A stretch of 64,000 bases of DNA, from NCBI RefSeq assembly GCF_044324785.1, contig NZ_CP172127.1. The stretch is one strand, 5' to 3'. Under the pieces are notes generated by a model. The model was given only the letters and a program-made list of their open reading frames with translations. It was not told the DNA's origin and did not search any database. The DNA is from Escherichia coli (GTDB taxonomy: Bacteria; Pseudomonadota; Gammaproteobacteria; Enterobacterales; Enterobacteriaceae). Shown here piece after piece: positions 59,501 through 64,000 of the stretch. The position numbers and the translations under genes are program-made. Numbering within the stretch: position 1 is the stretch's first letter; every line of letters begins with the position of its first letter.

Positions 59501-60507
59501 TTATGTAATGGCATCTCCGACATTTTGTGACCGCAGCAGTGGCAGGTCTTCGAACTGGCGAACCATTGATCCAGTTTCACCAGATGCACACCTTTCTCTG
59601 TTGCTTTGTATTCCAGTTTTGTGATGAATCCAGACCATCCAGCATCGCCTATCGCACGAGCCAGATGGTGATTTTTCATCATATTTGCCGTTTTCAATGT
59701 CTCGACAATTACCGCTTGGTTTTCGTCAACAATTGCGCGAGATAACTTGTGCTGGAAATCGGCACGGGCACTAGCTACCCGTTCGTGAACGGCTGCAAGT
59801 TGTATTCTGGCTTTGCGCCTGTTTGCGCTCCCTTTTTTCTTACGGGACAGTGCTTTCTGCTTCCGGCGCAGGTTGCGACTTGCATTGATTAGGTGGCGGG
59901 GACTGGCAATTTTATTGCCGTCCGATTTGATGACAAAATGCGCCAGCCCCATATCCAGCCCTGTCACATTTGATATCAGTGCGGGCTTTGCCGGCGCTTC
60001 CATCCCGTCGTCACAGAGTAACGACGCGTAGTATTTCCCGGTTGCGCTGCGGCTCAACGTGATACTTTTCAGCATTCCCGTAATTTCACGATGTAAACGC
60101 GCTTCAATCGGCAAGATTTTCGGTATTTTTATCGCACCATCAAGGACTTTTATGCCAACACAATGATAGCTCGATTGTCTGCCGTGTTTACTTTTAAAGG
60201 TTGGTTTACCTGCTTTCAGTTTCGGATTGAAAAAGTTAGAAAAAGCCACGTCGAGGTTAATTACCGCCTGCTGCAACGCAATAGAATCATATTCTTTAAG
60301 CCATCCATACCGGCGGGATTTCTTCGCCACTGCAAGCAGTGGTTTGAGGTCTTTACGCGGGTTTAAATTTACGCGGTGCCGCTGGTAAGAATGTTTCTTG
60401 ATATGCAGAGCTTTGTTGTACGCAAAACGCACTGCACCGAACTGGGCGTTGATAAATTCAGCCTGTTCTGGTGTCGGGTAGATGCGTACTTTTGTTGCTC
60501 TTAACAT
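59338..60507 (-). CDS. tnpB: TnpB (IS605 OrfB-family RNA-guided endonuclease; RuvC-like + zinc finger)
   Basis: ORF track 389 aa; N-terminus MLRATKVRIYPTPEQ is classic TnpB; RuvC-I D in GLDMGL, RuvC-II E in VIVETL, zinc finger CHCCGH...CPECG, RuvC-III DRDINAALNI; ATG start. Confidence 0.92.
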   Translation of the reverse strand: MLRATKVRIYPTPEQAEFINAQFGAVRFAYNKALHIKKHSYQRHRVNLNPRKDLKPLLAVAKKSRRYGWLKEYDSIALQQAVINLDVAFSNFFNPKLKAGKPTFKSKHGRQSSYHCVGIKVLDGAIKIPKILPIEARLHREITGMLKSITLSRSATGKYYASLLCDDGMEAPAKPALISNVTGLDMGLAHFVIKSDGNKIASPRHLINASRNLRRKQKALSRKKKGSANRRKARIQLAAVHERVASARADFQHKLSRAIVDENQAVIVETLKTANMMKNHHLARAIGDAGWSGFITKLEYKATEKGVHLVKLDQWFASSKTCHCCGHKMSEMPLHKRIWQCPECGVEHDRDINAALNIKRKGILELQAAGLVVSAHGGQRKSVTQTVAA

Positions 60508-60529
60508 AATCAGCGCTCATTGATATAAT
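60501..60529 (+). promoter_or_regulatory. Putative sigma70 promoter for tnpA (-35 TTAACA at 60501..60506, 17-nt spacer, extended -10 TGaTATAAT at 60521..60529)
   Basis: Consensus -10 TATAAT with upstream TG; followed by SD aggtgg at 60549..60554 and a TTG start at 60564. Confidence 0.45.
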
Positions 60530-60535
60530 GCTTTT

Positions 60536-60563
60536 ATTTTAACACTTTAGGTGGATATATCAA
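60536..60563 (-). promoter_or_regulatory. Putative sigma70 promoter for tnpB (-35 TTGATA at 60558..60563, 16-nt spacer, -10 TAAAAT at 60536..60541, minus strand)
   Basis: Hexamers read from sequence; no experimental support. Confidence 0.4.
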
Positions 60564-60989
60564 TTGAGTAATCATGATGATTTACTGGCGGGATTTCTCC
60601 GCAAACGACACAGTGTCAGTAAGCTGGTTGTGCACCTTATTTTTACGACAAAGTATCGACGCAAACTATTCGACAGTCAGATGATCGCTCAGTTGCGTGA
60701 GGCTTTTGGCTCCGCTGCGGCAAAGCTTGAATGCGAAATTATTGAGATGGACGGGGAGCCAGACCATGTACACCTGCTGGTTGCCTACCCGCCAAAACTG
60801 GCGGTCAGTGTGATGGTCAATAATTTAAAATCGGTATCATCACGTTTGCTACGCCAGCAGAACGCGCATTTACGTATGCAGAGTAAAACGGGGCTTTTGT
60901 GGTCGAGATCGTACTTTGTCTGTAGCACCGGAGAGGCAACGATTGAAACGCTCAGAGCCTACGTTCAGAGTCAGTCAACACCTGATTGA
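60564..60989 (+). CDS. tnpA: TnpA (IS200-type Y1 HUH single-strand transposase)
   Basis: ORF track 141 aa; HUH motif HVHLL; C-terminal catalytic Tyr region SRSYFVCSTG; conserved TTKYRR; probable TTG start preceded by AGGTGG. Confidence 0.9.
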   Translation: MSNHDDLLAGFLRKRHSVSKLVVHLIFTTKYRRKLFDSQMIAQLREAFGSAAAKLECEIIEMDGEPDHVHLLVAYPPKLAVSVMVNNLKSVSSRLLRQQNAHLRMQSKTGLLWSRSYFVCSTGEATIETLRAYVQSQSTPD

Positions 60990-60994
60990 TCTTT

Positions 60995-61011
60995 AAAGCC
61001 CTGCGGGCTTT
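60995..61011 (+). terminator. Rho-independent terminator after tnpA (aaagccc tgc gggcttt + T)
   Basis: 7-bp stem, 3-nt loop, T-run; read from sequence. Confidence 0.6.
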
Positions 61012-61022
61012 TCGCCTTATAT

Positions 61023-61043
61023 CCCCGCCCGCATTGGGCGAGG
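61023..61043. repeat. Subterminal imperfect hairpin at the tnpA-proximal IS end (ccccgccc gcatt gggcgagg)
   Basis: Same stem sequence and mismatch position as the hairpin at 59307..59326. Confidence 0.7.
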
Positions 61044-61118
61044 GTTTACGGCGTTTTTCGCTAAGCAATGACTACCCTGTTTCGCTTGCATCTCCGGTGA
61101 GTTTTGCCACCCTTATAA

Positions 61119-63865
<2,747 letters not shown>

Positions 63866-63888
63866 GGCATGCTCCAGGCCGAAAAAGC

Positions 63889-64000
63889 CTAGCGTAATGG
63901 AATGATATCGCCTTGCCAACCCTGTGATGAACGCTGACCGACTAACAATAATGAACCACGATCGGCGCGAACGATGAGACGACCATGTTCATCCCATAGT
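63889..64000 (-). CDS. yobB: C-terminal fragment of an upstream ORF (probably yobB, C-N hydrolase family), truncated by the window end
   Basis: Minus-strand frame reads ...LWDEHGRLIVRADRGSLLLVGQRSSQGWQGDIIPLR then TAG (stop at 63889..63891); identity from K-12 synteny only. Confidence 0.35.
   Translation of the reverse strand, partial: LWDEHGRLIVRADRGSLLLVGQRSSQGWQGDIIPLR

Larger units (their letters stand above)
59288..61062 (-). mobile_element. IS200/IS605-family insertion sequence (IS605-type, divergent tnpA/tnpB; possibly IS609-like), about 1.77 kb; ends uncertain by about 10 bp each side
   Basis: Intact Y1/HUH transposase and TnpB ORFs, divergent overlapping promoters, and matching imperfect hairpins ccccgccc-N4/5-gggcgagg near both ends (59307..59326 and 61023..61043); no terminal inverted repeats, as expected for this family; the flanking genes yebE and ptrB are adjacent in K-12 as far as I recall. 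Confidence 0.8.

Overview
This window is an enterobacterial (Escherichia coli / Shigella-type) chromosomal segment, colinear with the E. coli K-12 tyrP–exoX region in reverse orientation; gene identities are from recognising the translated ORFs, with no database search run. Gene order is tyrP' | yecH ftnA yecR azuC yecJ ftnB | araFGH | otsBA | uspC | flhDC | motAB-cheAW | tar-tap-cheRBYZ | flhBAE | argS | yecM cutC | torYZ | cmoBA yecN yecE yecD | aspS nudB yebC ruvC yebB ruvAB | znuBC/znuA | mepM lpxM | pykA hexR | zwf edd eda | purT | yebG yebF yebE | IS | ptrB exoX yobB'. Almost all of it is core genome with dense, well-supported coding. The one clear accessory element is an intact IS200/IS605-family insertion sequence (about 59288..61062) between yebE and ptrB, carrying divergent tnpA (Y1/HUH transposase) and tnpB (RuvC-like RNA-guided nuclease, OMEGA-type) genes, with matching subterminal hairpins at both ends. 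TnpB/omegaRNA systems are already described, so this is the most interesting locus here rather than a wholly new system; I found nothing else that looks undescribed. From memory of K-12, this strain appears to lack the IS element upstream of flhD and the yecT ORF between argS and flhE. No rRNA, tRNA, CRISPR array or prophage was seen. Regulatory sites recognisable by eye include sigma28 promoters (tar; MotR/motA inside flhC), LexA boxes (yebG, ruvAB), a PurR box (purT), a Zur box (znuA/znuCB), a TyrR box (tyrP), several rho-independent terminators and four REP/BIME clusters.
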